Part shown: positions 1 to 9,648 of the stretch, one piece after another
Layout: each line of letters begins with the position of its first letter
Position numbering within the stretch: the first letter of the stretch is position 1
Position numbers and translations under genes: made by a program
NCBI GenBank assembly: GCA_039638295.1
Contig: JBDIWJ010000022.1
Span: 1-26,471 of the forward strand
Direction: 5' to 3'
DNA from: Candidatus Phoenicimicrobium oleiphilum
GTDB lineage: Bacteria > Atribacterota > Phoenicimicrobiia > Phoenicimicrobiales > Phoenicimicrobiaceae
Length of the DNA stretch: 26,471 nucleotides
The notes under the pieces: model-generated
Database searches by the model: none
Told to the model about the DNA's origin: nothing
The model's input: only the letters and a program-made list of their open reading frames with translations

Positions 1-47
1 AGTTCTTCCTCCAAGAATTCTCTTACAGCTTCTCTGTCAAGCAACAT
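1..47 (-). CDS. 5' end of a hypothetical protein running off the window edge (MLLDREAVREFLEEE...)
   Basis: ATG at 47 on the minus strand, AGGAGG Shine-Dalgarno at 52-57, frame open to position 1. Confidence 0.6.
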   Translation of the reverse strand, partial: MLLDREAVREFLEEE

Positions 48-334
48 AATTCCTCCTTTAGTGATATAATTATATCAAATAAATGACCTAATTACTGAGG
101 ATTAACAATACATCCTATTTTTTTCTATGGTTTAATTTGCCATCTTACAAGATATTCCTTTACGACATCTATCTATAGCAATATCTAAAGTTTCAATTAT
201 CCGGTTAAGAAACTCATTCGGACCCTATAGGTTTTCCACTAAAAATTACCGAATTATTGACTTGGTACACTTTCCCTATCTGTTTATTAAATTAAATAAG
301 ATAAATGAAACGTCCCATTATCTTACTACGTGGG

Positions 335-490
335 GTAATGACAGAGCGGGTCAGATGAATCCGAACTCTACAATTTAATAATACGACAAAGATGGCGGGA
401 AATCCTTCTTTTTTCGAAATATTTTTATCCTGTTCGATGATAATTATTATTCCCTGTTCTTTCTGTTCTCCCCATTCGAGAGTGGTTATT
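335..490. repeat. ~150-bp intergenic repeat, copy A (REP remnant + sigma-H-like promoter + AT-rich tail)
   Basis: Aligns by eye with 2143-2290 (shared GTAATG, GATGAATCCGA, ATTTAATAATAC, AAATCCTTCTTTTTT, AAATATTTTTAT, TTCGATG, TAATTATTAT, TTCTTTCT, CCATTCGAG). Confidence 0.85.
381..412 (-). promoter_or_regulatory. Putative sigma-H-like promoter AAAGAAGGA-N15-GTCGTAT
   Basis: The motif recurs upstream of six genes in the window, always pointing toward the gene. Confidence 0.55.
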
Positions 491-511
491 TTAGGTAGTT
501 GGATTTATTGT

Positions 512-534
512 GGGCACAATGCATTGTGCCCCTA
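512..534. repeat. REP-like palindrome GGGCACAATGCATTGTGCCC-CTA
   Basis: Perfect 20-bp palindrome; same family as copies at 6629, 6683, 9534, 11018, 11071, 24414 and 24468. Confidence 0.8.
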
Positions 535-600
535 TGTTAGAAAAATTAACAGAAATAGAGGTTGCCATGCTTTATTCGAAAGTTCTCAATGAGGCTAAAA

Positions 601-636
601 AATAAAAGGGGCTGGATAAATCCAACCCCTTTTATT
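601..636. terminator. REP-derived hairpin with A/T tails, probable terminator of the hydrolase gene
   Basis: AATAAAAGGGGCTGGAT-AA-ATCCAACCCCTTTTATT, 5 nt beyond the stop codon at 642. Confidence 0.6.
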
Positions 637-641
637 AGTTC

Positions 642-2006
642 CTACCTGGATAGTGATAATATCCAGGAGGCTAAGTCTTTGATTACCTCTGCCTCTATAT
701 GACCACCTATCTGGTATTCCTCTGGAGTAGATTTACCTTCCCCGGCAATAAAAAGATGATTAAGCTGGGGATAGAGCTGAAAGGTTACCTGGGTCTGAGA
801 AGCTAATCCTTGTTGCCATCCCTGAAAATCTTCTAAAGTTACCTGGTAATCTCTTCCACCCTGCAGGATAAATAAAGGACAGGAAAGTTTAAGTGCCTCA
901 GATACTGGGTCTCTTTCCTGTAGGTCATACCAGTACCCCGCATAACCTCCTAATCCAGTGGCTACTTCATCTTCTTTTAGTTTACGTTCATCAATTAATT
1001 GTACCCCGTTTTTAATTTCTTCCAGCTTCTTGGCTTCTTCCGGGTTGATTTCTCCATCTAAAGAAAAGATGTATTTCATTTGAGCAGGGATTAGATGATG
1101 GAGAGGTCGGGTTGGTCCAGCTAAGACTATAACCCCAGCTACTTTTTTATCTTGATTAGCAATATTAGGGACTAATTGCCCTCCCAGGCTATGACCAAGT
1201 AAAAATACTTTTTCGGGATCGACCTTCTCCTGCTGGCGTAAGAAATCCAGAGCCAGTAAGGCATCTTCAATTACTTCACCTTGCACGGTGAAATTTTTGG
1301 GATCAATTTGGGAGGCATATACTTTGGTTCGCTTATCATATCTTAGTACCACAATCCCTTCACTGGCTAAGCCCCAGGCCAAATCCTTAAAAGGTTTATT
1401 CGGTCCGATAGTTTCGTCTCTGTCATTTGGCCCAGAACCATGAATCAGAACCACTCCGGGGAAAGGACCTTCTCTCTGGGGGAGGGAAAGTAACCCCGGT
1501 AACTCCCACCCCGGTGCCCCAAAGGAAATCTCCTGCTCTAAAAATTGGTCTTTCTTCACATAATCAGGAGGTATATATTCATATCCCTCGGGGGGAGCAG
1601 TAGGTAAGAAGTGAAATCCGCTGATCTTCCCTTCTGAATTAAAGGCTAATTGTAAATCTAAGTTTACCTTTTCAAAATTACAAGTCAGTAGAGTTATCTG
1701 ATAACCGGCTTGTTCTGAGGTTCTAAAGTTCCCCCAAGAGATTAATTCTCCCAGATCTTTAGTTATCTTGTTCCATAGTTCTTTAAAGTCTTTCTCCGGA
1801 AGAGCAGCCCTTACTTTTTCATCAAATTGTTCTACCGCGCGGGCATAATCTGCAGTCTGTAAATATTCCAAAAAAGACAAAGTATCCTGGTATAATTCCT
1901 CATCGGTCTTACTTTCTGCAGTAACCCCGTTTAATGATCCATAAAAAACAATTCCGATTAATATTATTACTAAGGTCAAGGTCAATAAAATTTTTCTTTT
2001 TAACAT
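642..2006 (-). CDS. Exported or membrane-anchored alpha/beta-fold serine hydrolase with N-terminal DUF3887-like domain
   Basis: N-terminal hydrophobic signal/anchor, HGSGPNDRDE motif, GHSLG nucleophile elbow, GGRDYQV (Asp) and LNHLF (His); AGGAGG RBS. Confidence 0.85.
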   Translation of the reverse strand: MLKRKILLTLTLVIILIGIVFYGSLNGVTAESKTDEELYQDTLSFLEYLQTADYARAVEQFDEKVRAALPEKDFKELWNKITKDLGELISWGNFRTSEQAGYQITLLTCNFEKVNLDLQLAFNSEGKISGFHFLPTAPPEGYEYIPPDYVKKDQFLEQEISFGAPGWELPGLLSLPQREGPFPGVVLIHGSGPNDRDETIGPNKPFKDLAWGLASEGIVVLRYDKRTKVYASQIDPKNFTVQGEVIEDALLALDFLRQQEKVDPEKVFLLGHSLGGQLVPNIANQDKKVAGVIVLAGPTRPLHHLIPAQMKYIFSLDGEINPEEAKKLEEIKNGVQLIDERKLKEDEVATGLGGYAGYWYDLQERDPVSEALKLSCPLFILQGGRDYQVTLEDFQGWQQGLASQTQVTFQLYPQLNHLFIAGEGKSTPEEYQIGGHIEAEVIKDLASWILSLSR

Positions 2007-2142
2007 TATTAAGTAACCTCCTTACTTAAGGTTTTTTACGGTTGTTTTTCTTCTTAGAAAATAGAGGAAAAGAAAATTAGTTCATATTTTTTCTAAGATA
2101 CCTTATATTTGCAAAGATTACCATCCCTATCTTCGTTATATC

Positions 2143-2290
2143 GTAATGAATGCAAGGACTGGATGAATCCGATACTTGCTATTTAATAATACAATAAAAG
2201 TGGGTAAAATCCTTCTTTTTTAGAAAATATTTTTATTTTATTCGATGCTAATTATTATCCTTTCTTCTTTCTATTCCTTCCATTCGAGGG
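2143..2290. repeat. ~150-bp intergenic repeat, copy B
   Basis: Diverged direct repeat of 335-490; contains the sigma-H-like motif at 2189-2218 (minus strand). Confidence 0.85.
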
Positions 2291-2361
2291 TAATATTCTC
2301 CGGAATTCGGAGGGGGCGTGGGATTCTTTGGATCCTTCCAGATTTTCCCTTAAGGTGATGG

Positions 2362-2385
2362 TTTCCTGCTTGTGCAGGAATGACA
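2362..2385. repeat. REP-like hairpin TTCCTGC-TTGT-GCAGGAA-TGAC
   Basis: Short inverted repeat followed by TGAC; related hairpin CCCCTG-TGAAAG-CAGGGG at 11402-11419. Confidence 0.5.
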
Positions 2386-2485
2386 TAAAGAGGAAGGTAA
2401 TTATCTTTTGGGTGAGGGAGGTGAGCTTATTTTTAAGATTCTGGTAAGTTCTTCTGGAGAGACGGTGGAGTTGATATCTATTGCC

Positions 2486-2812
2486 TTATCTTCTGGTCTT
2501 TTGGAAAGGGGGAAAGATAGCAAATGTAAAAAGAATGGCAACCAAGACATTCAATAAAGGTACCCAGGTGCTGTGAGTTAAATAAATGGGGAATAAAGGA
2601 TTAAAAAGTATAGCAATAGTTATAAAGGCGAATTTTTGCCATTCGATTTTTTTCTTAAATGCTTTAAAAGTTAGAAAAATAGAGGCCATGCAGGTTATCC
2701 ATCTTAAAAAAGTGTTGTAGCTACTGGGCCTCTCAGCTATTGCTCCATATAGCAACACAATAACACTTATAATAATAAAATATTTTATAAAACTACTCTT
2801 TCGATTAGCCAT
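2486..2812 (-). CDS. Small membrane protein, DUF6804-like
   Basis: YNTFLRW...AILFNPLFPIYL...W pattern and hydrophobic segments; start moved to ATG 2812 because GGAGGAG lies just upstream. Confidence 0.65.
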   Translation of the reverse strand: MANRKSSFIKYFIIISVIVLLYGAIAERPSSYNTFLRWITCMASIFLTFKAFKKKIEWQKFAFITIAILFNPLFPIYLTHSTWVPLLNVLVAILFTFAIFPPFQKTRR

Positions 2813-2910
2813 TTTAATACTTCTCCTCCAGTTTAAAATGGGGTGTGTCTCCATTTATTTTTTCGGTTATTTTATTGCCTCTCCCTGATAAATTGAATCT
2901 TACCAGGAAA

Positions 2911-3000
2911 ATGCAAGTGCGAATCGAATGAATTTGACCCCCACCATTTAATATTACAATAAAAGGTGGGAGAAATCCTTCTTTTTTTGGATAATTTTTA
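2911..3000. repeat. Partial third copy (C) of the intergenic repeat
   Basis: ATGCAAG...ATGAAT...ATTTAATATTACAATAAAAGGTGGGAGAAATCCTTCTTTTTT closely matches 2150-2222; promoter motif at 2954-2984. Confidence 0.8.
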
Positions 3001-3049
3001 GAAATTATAAAGGAAATATTTTTTATATTTTTTATTGCATTTTGAAGAA

Positions 3050-3535
3050 TTATACTTTAAATAGGTAAATAAAAAAGTAGAAGGCCATTACAATAGATAA
3101 AGACAGTTTAACAAGAACTGCTGTCAAACTTCCGATAAAAGTGGCCAGGCCGGCTTTTAAAGCCATTGAATTTTCTTTACCGGCAATAAGCTCTCCTACA
3201 ATAGCGCCGATAAATATCCCTAAAACCATTCCTAAGGGAGGAAAGAAGATGATACCGGCCATCATCCCTATTATTGCTCCCCAGATTCCGTATTTACTGG
3301 TGCCGTACTTTTTAGCTCCCAGTAGGGGGAGAAAATAATCTCCCAGGGAGATTACAATAGTTAAGATAGCAAACTTGACCAAGAAACTATTACTAAAAAC
3401 AGGTTCCTCTTTGGCAAATTGAAGCAATATAAGGGCAGCATAACTAAGGGGAGGTCCAGGGATGGCGGGAAAAATACAGCCAATTACTCCTACAATAGTA
3501 CAAACTACTCCTAATAAAATTAAAATAAATTCCAT
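3050..3535 (-). CDS. DUF456 (YqgC-like) membrane protein
   Basis: GCIFPAIPGPPL, GAKKYGTSKYGIWGAIIG and GIFIGAIVGEL motifs; ATG 3535 preferred over GTG 3547, which abuts the RBS. Confidence 0.85.
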   Translation of the reverse strand: MEFILILLGVVCTIVGVIGCIFPAIPGPPLSYAALILLQFAKEEPVFSNSFLVKFAILTIVISLGDYFLPLLGAKKYGTSKYGIWGAIIGMMAGIIFFPPLGMVLGIFIGAIVGELIAGKENSMALKAGLATFIGSLTAVLVKLSLSIVMAFYFFIYLFKV

Positions 3536-3719
3536 AAAACTCAGCACTCTCCTTCTCTTTTTATCATTTGGGTCGTTATATTTCTACTTGTCCCAAAAGT
3601 CACTCCCCAGTACACAGATAAAGAACCGATATTGAAAATAAATTTAAACGAACCTTGATGTATTCTTAGTTTGGTAGTATTATCAAATTATATAATATAA
3701 ATCTAGGACGATATTTTAA

Positions 3720-4400
3720 ATGAAAAATTTATTAAATAATAAAAATATTTTAAAAAAAGAAATCAATCCCTCCCAACTTCAGACCTTGGGTGAGGAAATT
3801 GCCAACAGTATTACTCATGGTATAGGAGCAGCTTTAAGTATTGCTGCTCTGGTAATTTTGGTAGTCCTTGCCATCAGACGCGGTGATGCCTGGAGAATAG
3901 CGAGTTTCAGTATCTATGGAGCTACGCTCATTTTGCTTTATCTAGCTTCCACTCTTTATCATAGCTTTGTAAACCCAAAGATAAAAAATTTTTTCAGAAT
4001 CCTGGACCATTCAGCAATCTATCTTCTTATCGCCGGGAGCTACACCCCTATTACCCTTACCTTTATGCGGGGTCCCTGGGGTTGGACCCTCTTCGGTATC
4101 GTTTGGGGTATAGCTATAGGAGGTATTACTATAACCATACTTCTTCTGGATAAGCTCAAAGCCTTATTGGGCTTATCTTATGTTGCCATGGGATTAGTTA
4201 TCGTTATTGCTTTTAAACTAATGACACAGATGGTCCCCAGGGGGATGATTGCCTGGCTTTTTATCGGAGGAGCTTGCTATCTTTTAGGAATAATATTTTA
4301 TTTATGGAGAAGATTACCTTATCATCACCCCATATGGCACCTGTTTGTTTTAGGCGGAAGCATTTCTCATTTTTTAGGAATATTTTTCTATCTCACCTAA
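3720..4400 (+). CDS. Hemolysin III family (PAQR, TrhA/YqfA-like) membrane protein
   Basis: EEIANSITHG, STLYHS, LDHSAIYLLIAGSYTP and HPIWHLFVLGGSISHF motifs; about 7 hydrophobic segments. Confidence 0.92.
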   Translation: MKNLLNNKNILKKEINPSQLQTLGEEIANSITHGIGAALSIAALVILVVLAIRRGDAWRIASFSIYGATLILLYLASTLYHSFVNPKIKNFFRILDHSAIYLLIAGSYTPITLTFMRGPWGWTLFGIVWGIAIGGITITILLLDKLKALLGLSYVAMGLVIVIAFKLMTQMVPRGMIAWLFIGGACYLLGIIFYLWRRLPYHHPIWHLFVLGGSISHFLGIFFYLT

Positions 4401-6159
4401 AAATTTCGTTCTTAACACACTTCACCACCTTGTCAACAAAAGCTTTATCAATTTTACCCACCAAAGAAGGAGTCTCAAAGATTCGTTCAGGCAAATGATA
4501 GTTATCCAGTGAAAATCCTTCCTGCATTTTAAATTGATATTTTTCGCGGTGAATTTCTTCTCCTATATTTAAAAGATCTTCTTTGGCAATATCATAGCCT
4601 GCGGAATAAAGGGCTTCAGAACAAATTTCTGGAGTGTATAATCCCCGAGCAAAGAAACAAACTACCAGACTGGAGAGAATCTGCCGCCATCGCTCTTCAG
4701 TTAACAGTTCTTTAGCCAGTTTTTCGGGACTAATTTTTTCTTTGGTCAAAATCTTCTGGTCTATACTGTATCCGCCATTATCCAGATGACTGTGCCTTGC
4801 CCCAACCAGAAAGCCGATATGAGCAGCTGGACCGGTATGGTATCCAGCCATTTCATTCCTGCTAAAAGCAAGGGCGAACTCTTCCCCTCCATATTGTTGA
4901 GCAGCATATTTGACTCCCTGAGCCAGGTCTTGATAAAACTTGCTCGGTTGTTCGAAAATAAATTGTACTGCCTGAATAAAAGAGGAATAGTCTCCCCAGC
5001 TAAATTTGAGGCCATTGGTCTCTTTTTCAGAAATCATTCCTCTCTCCTGAGCCTCTGTAGCCCAGGCCAAAATCACCCCGGTACTCATAGAATCCAGCCC
5101 TAATCTTTCTATCTGGTCAATCAGTTTTAACAGTCCTTCAGCATCAGATATACCCAGCATTGAACCCAGGGCATAAATAGGTTCATAATCATAAGAGATC
5201 ATAGATGTTTTGTAGAAAAATAATTCATCTTCATAAGGCTCCCTAAGTGCAGCAATGTGAATACAGCCTACCGGACAGTGAGAACAGGCCAGCCGTCGGC
5301 CTAAATATCCCTCGGCAAGCCCTTCTCCAGATATATTTAAGGCTCCTTCAAATTTTGCTTCTTTAAGATTACGCGTAGGAAGTCCACCCAATTCATTTAA
5401 GGGGAGGATATTCTCGGCAGTCCCGAGGTCATGGTATTTCTTCATCACCGGCGAGGAAGTAGCCGCTTTATAGATATGGTCATATATCTTTCGATATTGA
5501 TTTCTATCTTTAGTAGGAAGAGAATGTTTTCCAGATATTACTACCGCCTTCAATTTTTTACTTCCAAAGACTGCTCCCAAGCCTAATCTGCCAAAATGCC
5601 GGTAAGTTTCTGTTGTAACACAGGCATAAGGAATTAATTTTTCTCCTGCTCCGCCTATCCGCATTATAGTTCTTAATCCGCCAGCCGGTTCGTTTTGTCG
5701 GATAATTCTTCCTACCGTAAAACTATTAGCCATCCCCCATAGGGCAGAAGCATCCCTGAAATAGATTCGGTCACCATGAATAGCTAAATATAGGGGAGTG
5801 GAACTTGCCCCCTTTATTACCATTGCCCCATATCCCGCTAAACGAAGAGCTACTGCACTTCGTCCTCCACAGTGGCTCTCACCGAGATTTCCGGTATGAG
5901 GAGACTTAAACATAGCCACTGTCTTTGAAGCCAGAGGGAACAAAGCGGTCAAGGGACCTATGGCAAATACAATAGGATTATCCGGACCCAAAGGGTCACT
6001 GCGGGCGGGACATTCTTCTTTAAGAAGCTGGATAGCTACTCCTGCACCCCCTAAGTATTTTTCAAAAAGGTCTTCTCTTACTTCTACCCAGTATTTTTTT
6101 TGAGAAAGGTCTATATAAAGAACATTAGTCAGAACATTATCTTTAAGCATTTCGGTCAT
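4393..6159 (-). CDS. Aldehyde:ferredoxin oxidoreductase family protein (W/Mo-pterin)
   Basis: KSPHTGNLGESHCGG, GRLGLGAVFGSKKLKA, CSHCPVGC, DYEPIYALGS, GLDSMSTG and LVVCFF motifs. Confidence 0.92.
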   Translation of the reverse strand: MTEMLKDNVLTNVLYIDLSQKKYWVEVREDLFEKYLGGAGVAIQLLKEECPARSDPLGPDNPIVFAIGPLTALFPLASKTVAMFKSPHTGNLGESHCGGRSAVALRLAGYGAMVIKGASSTPLYLAIHGDRIYFRDASALWGMANSFTVGRIIRQNEPAGGLRTIMRIGGAGEKLIPYACVTTETYRHFGRLGLGAVFGSKKLKAVVISGKHSLPTKDRNQYRKIYDHIYKAATSSPVMKKYHDLGTAENILPLNELGGLPTRNLKEAKFEGALNISGEGLAEGYLGRRLACSHCPVGCIHIAALREPYEDELFFYKTSMISYDYEPIYALGSMLGISDAEGLLKLIDQIERLGLDSMSTGVILAWATEAQERGMISEKETNGLKFSWGDYSSFIQAVQFIFEQPSKFYQDLAQGVKYAAQQYGGEEFALAFSRNEMAGYHTGPAAHIGFLVGARHSHLDNGGYSIDQKILTKEKISPEKLAKELLTEERWRQILSSLVVCFFARGLYTPEICSEALYSAGYDIAKEDLLNIGEEIHREKYQFKMQEGFSLDNYHLPERIFETPSLVGKIDKAFVDKVVKCVKNEIFR

Positions 6160-6554
6160 CCCCCCTTTTCTAATTCCAGCACCTCATGAGGACAAAATTT
6201 CGCACAATAACCACAATAGGTGCAGACCATCGGCTTATTAATTTCATCATCCCAAAATATAGCTCCTATAATACAGGCATCTTTGCAGTATCCGCATCCA
6301 ATACACTTGGTAATATCGAGCTTTACCCCTCCGCCTTCTTTAGGCACCAAAGCACCAGTAGGACATACTTTGGTACAGGGTGGGTCGGAACAAGCCCGAC
6401 AGACCAATACGATAAATCCTCTCTCCATCCCACCAGAAGACCTTATTCCTATACTTGATCTGGCCAAACCTGCCTCACCTTTTCTCCTGGCACAAGCAAA
6501 CATACAACTCTGACAACCAACACATTTATCCACATCTTTTACAGTTAATCTCAT
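6156..6554 (-). CDS. 4Fe-4S dicluster protein (AorA/DmsB-like electron-transfer subunit)
   Basis: CVGCQSCMFAC, CRACSDPPCTKVCP, CIGCGYCKDAC and CTYCGYCAKFCP; ATG 6554 with AAGGAGG RBS; ATGA overlap with the AOR start. Confidence 0.9.
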   Translation of the reverse strand: MRLTVKDVDKCVGCQSCMFACARRKGEAGLARSSIGIRSSGGMERGFIVLVCRACSDPPCTKVCPTGALVPKEGGGVKLDITKCIGCGYCKDACIIGAIFWDDEINKPMVCTYCGYCAKFCPHEVLELEKGG

Positions 6555-6628
6555 AATTTCCTCCTTGTTCAAAAAGGGAGATATTCCTATTTTATAATTG
6601 TAATCCAAAAAGAAAACAAAATGGTAAT

Positions 6629-6706
6629 GTAGGGGGCACGATGTATCGTCCCCACAGGAGAAATTAAGCAATAATATGGAGAGGACACAATTCATTGTGC
6701 CCTACA
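6629..6706. repeat. Pair of inverted GTAG-type REP units
   Basis: GTAGGGGGCACGATGTATCGTCCCC ... GGACACAATTCATTGTGCCCTAC. Confidence 0.75.
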
Positions 6707-6817
6707 TTATATAATTATAACCAAAAATTCATAATTTATTATAAAATTATCTACAAAGTACCATATATATAATCTGTTAAAAATATCTTTGGCTTTTTGG
6801 AAAATAACCATTTTAGA

Positions 6818-7999
6818 TTATTTTAACATAAATATTATTATAAACATAACTATTGATAATCCTGCCCCAGCATAAAACGCTCCACTTGTTCCCCAAACAC
6901 CTATAACCAGTCCCATTAAAAACGGTCCCAGAGTCTGACCCACCCGAAAAGTCATCCCACTTATAGACATAAAGGTAGCCCGGTATTTCAGGGGAGCCGC
7001 CCCCGCAAAGAGGGCCTGAATAACCGGAATACTCATACCATGAGCAATCCCAAAAATAAAAATAGGAATAAAAAGCAATTCAATCCGAGGTATAAAAGGA
7101 ATTATTGATAAGGCCAGAGCATAGAGAATAAAAGATATTTTTAAAATGGTTTTTTCTGAAAAGAAACTGGTAATTTTTCCCAGCTGGGAAGAGGTAAAGG
7201 CAGCGACAAGAGATACACCAGCCATAAACAAGCCGATAATAAGAGTAGATGCAGCAAATGAATTTCCCAATAAAAGGGGGAAATAGGTCATATATGAGCC
7301 GAAAAGCATAACAAAGATAATAATACCAATAACTAACACTCCGACGACCTGGCGATTTCTTAATTTTTTCCAAACGATATTCAGATGTTCGATAATATGA
7401 AGTTTATTTTTAGGTTCCGGGGTTTTTAGATTAAACAATACAAAAAATCCTATCGGAATAGCTATTACCGGTAAGATGAAGGGGTAATGCCAGCCTATCA
7501 TCGCCAGAGCTCCGCCAATAGCCGGATAACCTGCTGAACCTATACTTCGAATACTGGAATTATAGCCCATTGCGGCTGTGAGTTCTTTTTGGGGATAAAG
7601 ATCTCCAATAATAGTAACAGTTAAAGTGCCCAGAGGAGCCGCCCCTATCCCTTGAATTAGACGTAATATCAACAATAGTTTAAAATCACGGACAAAAAAA
7701 CATAATCCTCCAGCTATACCAAACAACATTAAAGAGGGAAAGATTATATTCTTCCTGCCCCATCGGTCGGCAACTATTCCGAAAAAGGGAGTTAATAAAA
7801 CACCAGGAAAGGAAAAAATAGTAATTAAAAGTCCGATATCCTTGGCTGTTATATTAAGCTCTTTAATTATCTTGGGGAAAGCAGGAGTAATACTGGCAAC
7901 TCCCATAATATAGATAAGAGTTATTCCAAAGATAATCTGCAAGTTAGTATCCAGATAGATTTTCCTCTTACATTTCTTTTGTTCTTTATCGTGCTTCAT
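6818..7999 (-). CDS. MFS transporter (drug:H+ antiporter-like)
   Basis: GIVADRWGRK (MFS motif A), LRLIQGIG, about 12 hydrophobic segments. Confidence 0.9.
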   Translation of the reverse strand: MKHDKEQKKCKRKIYLDTNLQIIFGITLIYIMGVASITPAFPKIIKELNITAKDIGLLITIFSFPGVLLTPFFGIVADRWGRKNIIFPSLMLFGIAGGLCFFVRDFKLLLILRLIQGIGAAPLGTLTVTIIGDLYPQKELTAAMGYNSSIRSIGSAGYPAIGGALAMIGWHYPFILPVIAIPIGFFVLFNLKTPEPKNKLHIIEHLNIVWKKLRNRQVVGVLVIGIIIFVMLFGSYMTYFPLLLGNSFAASTLIIGLFMAGVSLVAAFTSSQLGKITSFFSEKTILKISFILYALALSIIPFIPRIELLFIPIFIFGIAHGMSIPVIQALFAGAAPLKYRATFMSISGMTFRVGQTLGPFLMGLVIGVWGTSGAFYAGAGLSIVMFIIIFMLK

Positions 8000-8093
8000 T
8001 AAAGAAAATTTTCCCTAGTTTATTCTTGATTTTAAATTTGATGATTTTATAAAATATTTTGCCAAATGACCATTTTTTGACAAATTTCATAAA

Positions 8094-9491
8094 TTATCCT
8101 CTGGCTATATGGATAGGTTTACCAATTAGTCCTTCAGCTGCCTCGGCGATAGTCTCTGCTAGAGTGGGATGAGCATGGATGGTATTCACTATCTCGAAAG
8201 CAGTAGCATCCAGGGATAGAGCCAGGGTCCCTTCAGCAATCAGGTCACTGGCGTGAGCCCCTAAGATGTGAACCCCTAAGAGTTCAGAAGTATCTGCATT
8301 AACAACCATCTTTACCATTCCCTCGGTCTCCCCCATACCCAGGGCCTTGCCATTTGCCATAAAGGGGAATTTAGAGACTTTTATATTATTATTTTCTTTT
8401 CTGGCTTCCTCTTCCGTCAGCCCTACACTGGCTACCTCGGGCATAGAAAAAACACAATTAGGAACCACTCTGTAATCCATCAAAACCTCTTTACCAGCGA
8501 TATTCTCCACTGCTACTATCCCTTCTCGGGAAGCGACATGGGCTAACATTATTTTTCCTACCACATCTCCGACTGCATAGATACCAGGGATGTTGGTTTT
8601 CATCTTTTCATCAACTTTAATCGCTTTCCCATCTAATTCAATGCCCAATCTCTGGACATCTATACCCCCCAGATCAGGTAATCTACCAGCAGCTAATAGG
8701 ACTTTTTCGGTCTCTAATTTCTTTTCTCCATCAGTGGTGGTAACCAGGACTTCTAAATTCTGATGGTTCTTCTTTATCTCTTTGACTTTACAATCAGTAA
8801 GAATTTCAATCCCTTTTCTTTTTAGGAGCTGAGCAAGCCTGCGGGCTATCTCCTCATCTATGGGGAGTAAAATCCTGGGGAGCATCTCTACTACAGTAAC
8901 TTCTACCCCCAAAGTATTAAAGATACCGGCAAATTCTATGCCTACCACCCCTCCTCCGATAATTATCATCTTAGAGGGCAGCTCACTCAGGGATAGGGCA
9001 TCATCACTAGTAATTACTCCTTCATTATCTATGCCTGGGATAGGAAGTCTCATTACCTTTGAGCCGGTAGCAATGATAATATTCCTGGTCTTGATTATTT
9101 CTTTTTGCCCTTCCGCATCAAGTACTTCTACTGTCCCTGGTTCAATTATCTGCCCTTCTCCTCTTATCACTCTTATCTGATTGGCTTTCATTAGCTGTCC
9201 CACCCCGGAGGATAATCTCTGGGTTATCAGGTCTTTTCGTTTCATTATGGCAGGAAAATCGAAAGAATAATCTTTGACTTGAATCCCGAATTCTTCAGCC
9301 CTTTGAAGATGATTTAACATCTCGGCAGTGCTTACTAAAGCTTTGGTAGGTATACAACCTCGGTTCAGGCAGACTCCTCCTAATTTATCCTTTTCTATTA
9401 AAACGACCCTTAACCCTAAATGGGCGCCCTTTATAGCAGCTACATACCCACCAGGGCCTCCTCCAATAATTACTACATCAATTTCGTGCAT
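8094..9491 (-). CDS. lpdA: Dihydrolipoyl dehydrogenase
   Basis: GGGPGGYVAAI FAD motif, GGVCLNRGCIPTK redox disulfide, GGGVVGIE NAD motif, HAHPTLAE. Confidence 0.95.
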   Translation of the reverse strand: MHEIDVVIIGGGPGGYVAAIKGAHLGLRVVLIEKDKLGGVCLNRGCIPTKALVSTAEMLNHLQRAEEFGIQVKDYSFDFPAIMKRKDLITQRLSSGVGQLMKANQIRVIRGEGQIIEPGTVEVLDAEGQKEIIKTRNIIIATGSKVMRLPIPGIDNEGVITSDDALSLSELPSKMIIIGGGVVGIEFAGIFNTLGVEVTVVEMLPRILLPIDEEIARRLAQLLKRKGIEILTDCKVKEIKKNHQNLEVLVTTTDGEKKLETEKVLLAAGRLPDLGGIDVQRLGIELDGKAIKVDEKMKTNIPGIYAVGDVVGKIMLAHVASREGIVAVENIAGKEVLMDYRVVPNCVFSMPEVASVGLTEEEARKENNNIKVSKFPFMANGKALGMGETEGMVKMVVNADTSELLGVHILGAHASDLIAEGTLALSLDATAFEIVNTIHAHPTLAETIAEAAEGLIGKPIHIARG

Positions 9492-9533
9492 ATTTACTAC
9501 TTCCTCCTTCTAACAAATTTACCCCAATTTAGT

Positions 9534-9563
9534 TGTAGGGACACGATGTATCATGCCCCTACA
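9534..9563. repeat. GTAG-type REP
   Basis: TGTAGGGACACGATGTATCATGCCCCTACA imperfect palindrome. Confidence 0.75.
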
Positions 9564-9648
9564 TCACTACTTTGAACTTTTGGATTATAATCATGCAATT
9601 AAATTAGGATATAGAAATAAACTTTATACATTTTTAATTAAAGTTTTC

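Noticed and set aside
392..592. 66-aa plus-strand ORF, and similar ORFs at 15103-15384, 24262-24480 and 9553-9747
   Set aside because: Translations of repeat, REP or intergenic DNA with no recognisable motif
335..3000. Repeats as a CRISPR array or integron attC sites
   Set aside because: Copies are long, diverged and separated by whole genes; no constant repeat-spacer period, no clear RYYYAAC/GTTRRRY-bounded hairpin, no cas or intI gene
4393..4400. 8-nt convergent overlap of the hemolysin III and AOR stop regions
   Set aside because: Short tail-to-tail overlaps are common; no evidence of function
6555..6695. N-terminal extension of the 179-aa ORF
   Set aside because: Reads through REP DNA; a strong RBS supports ATG 6554
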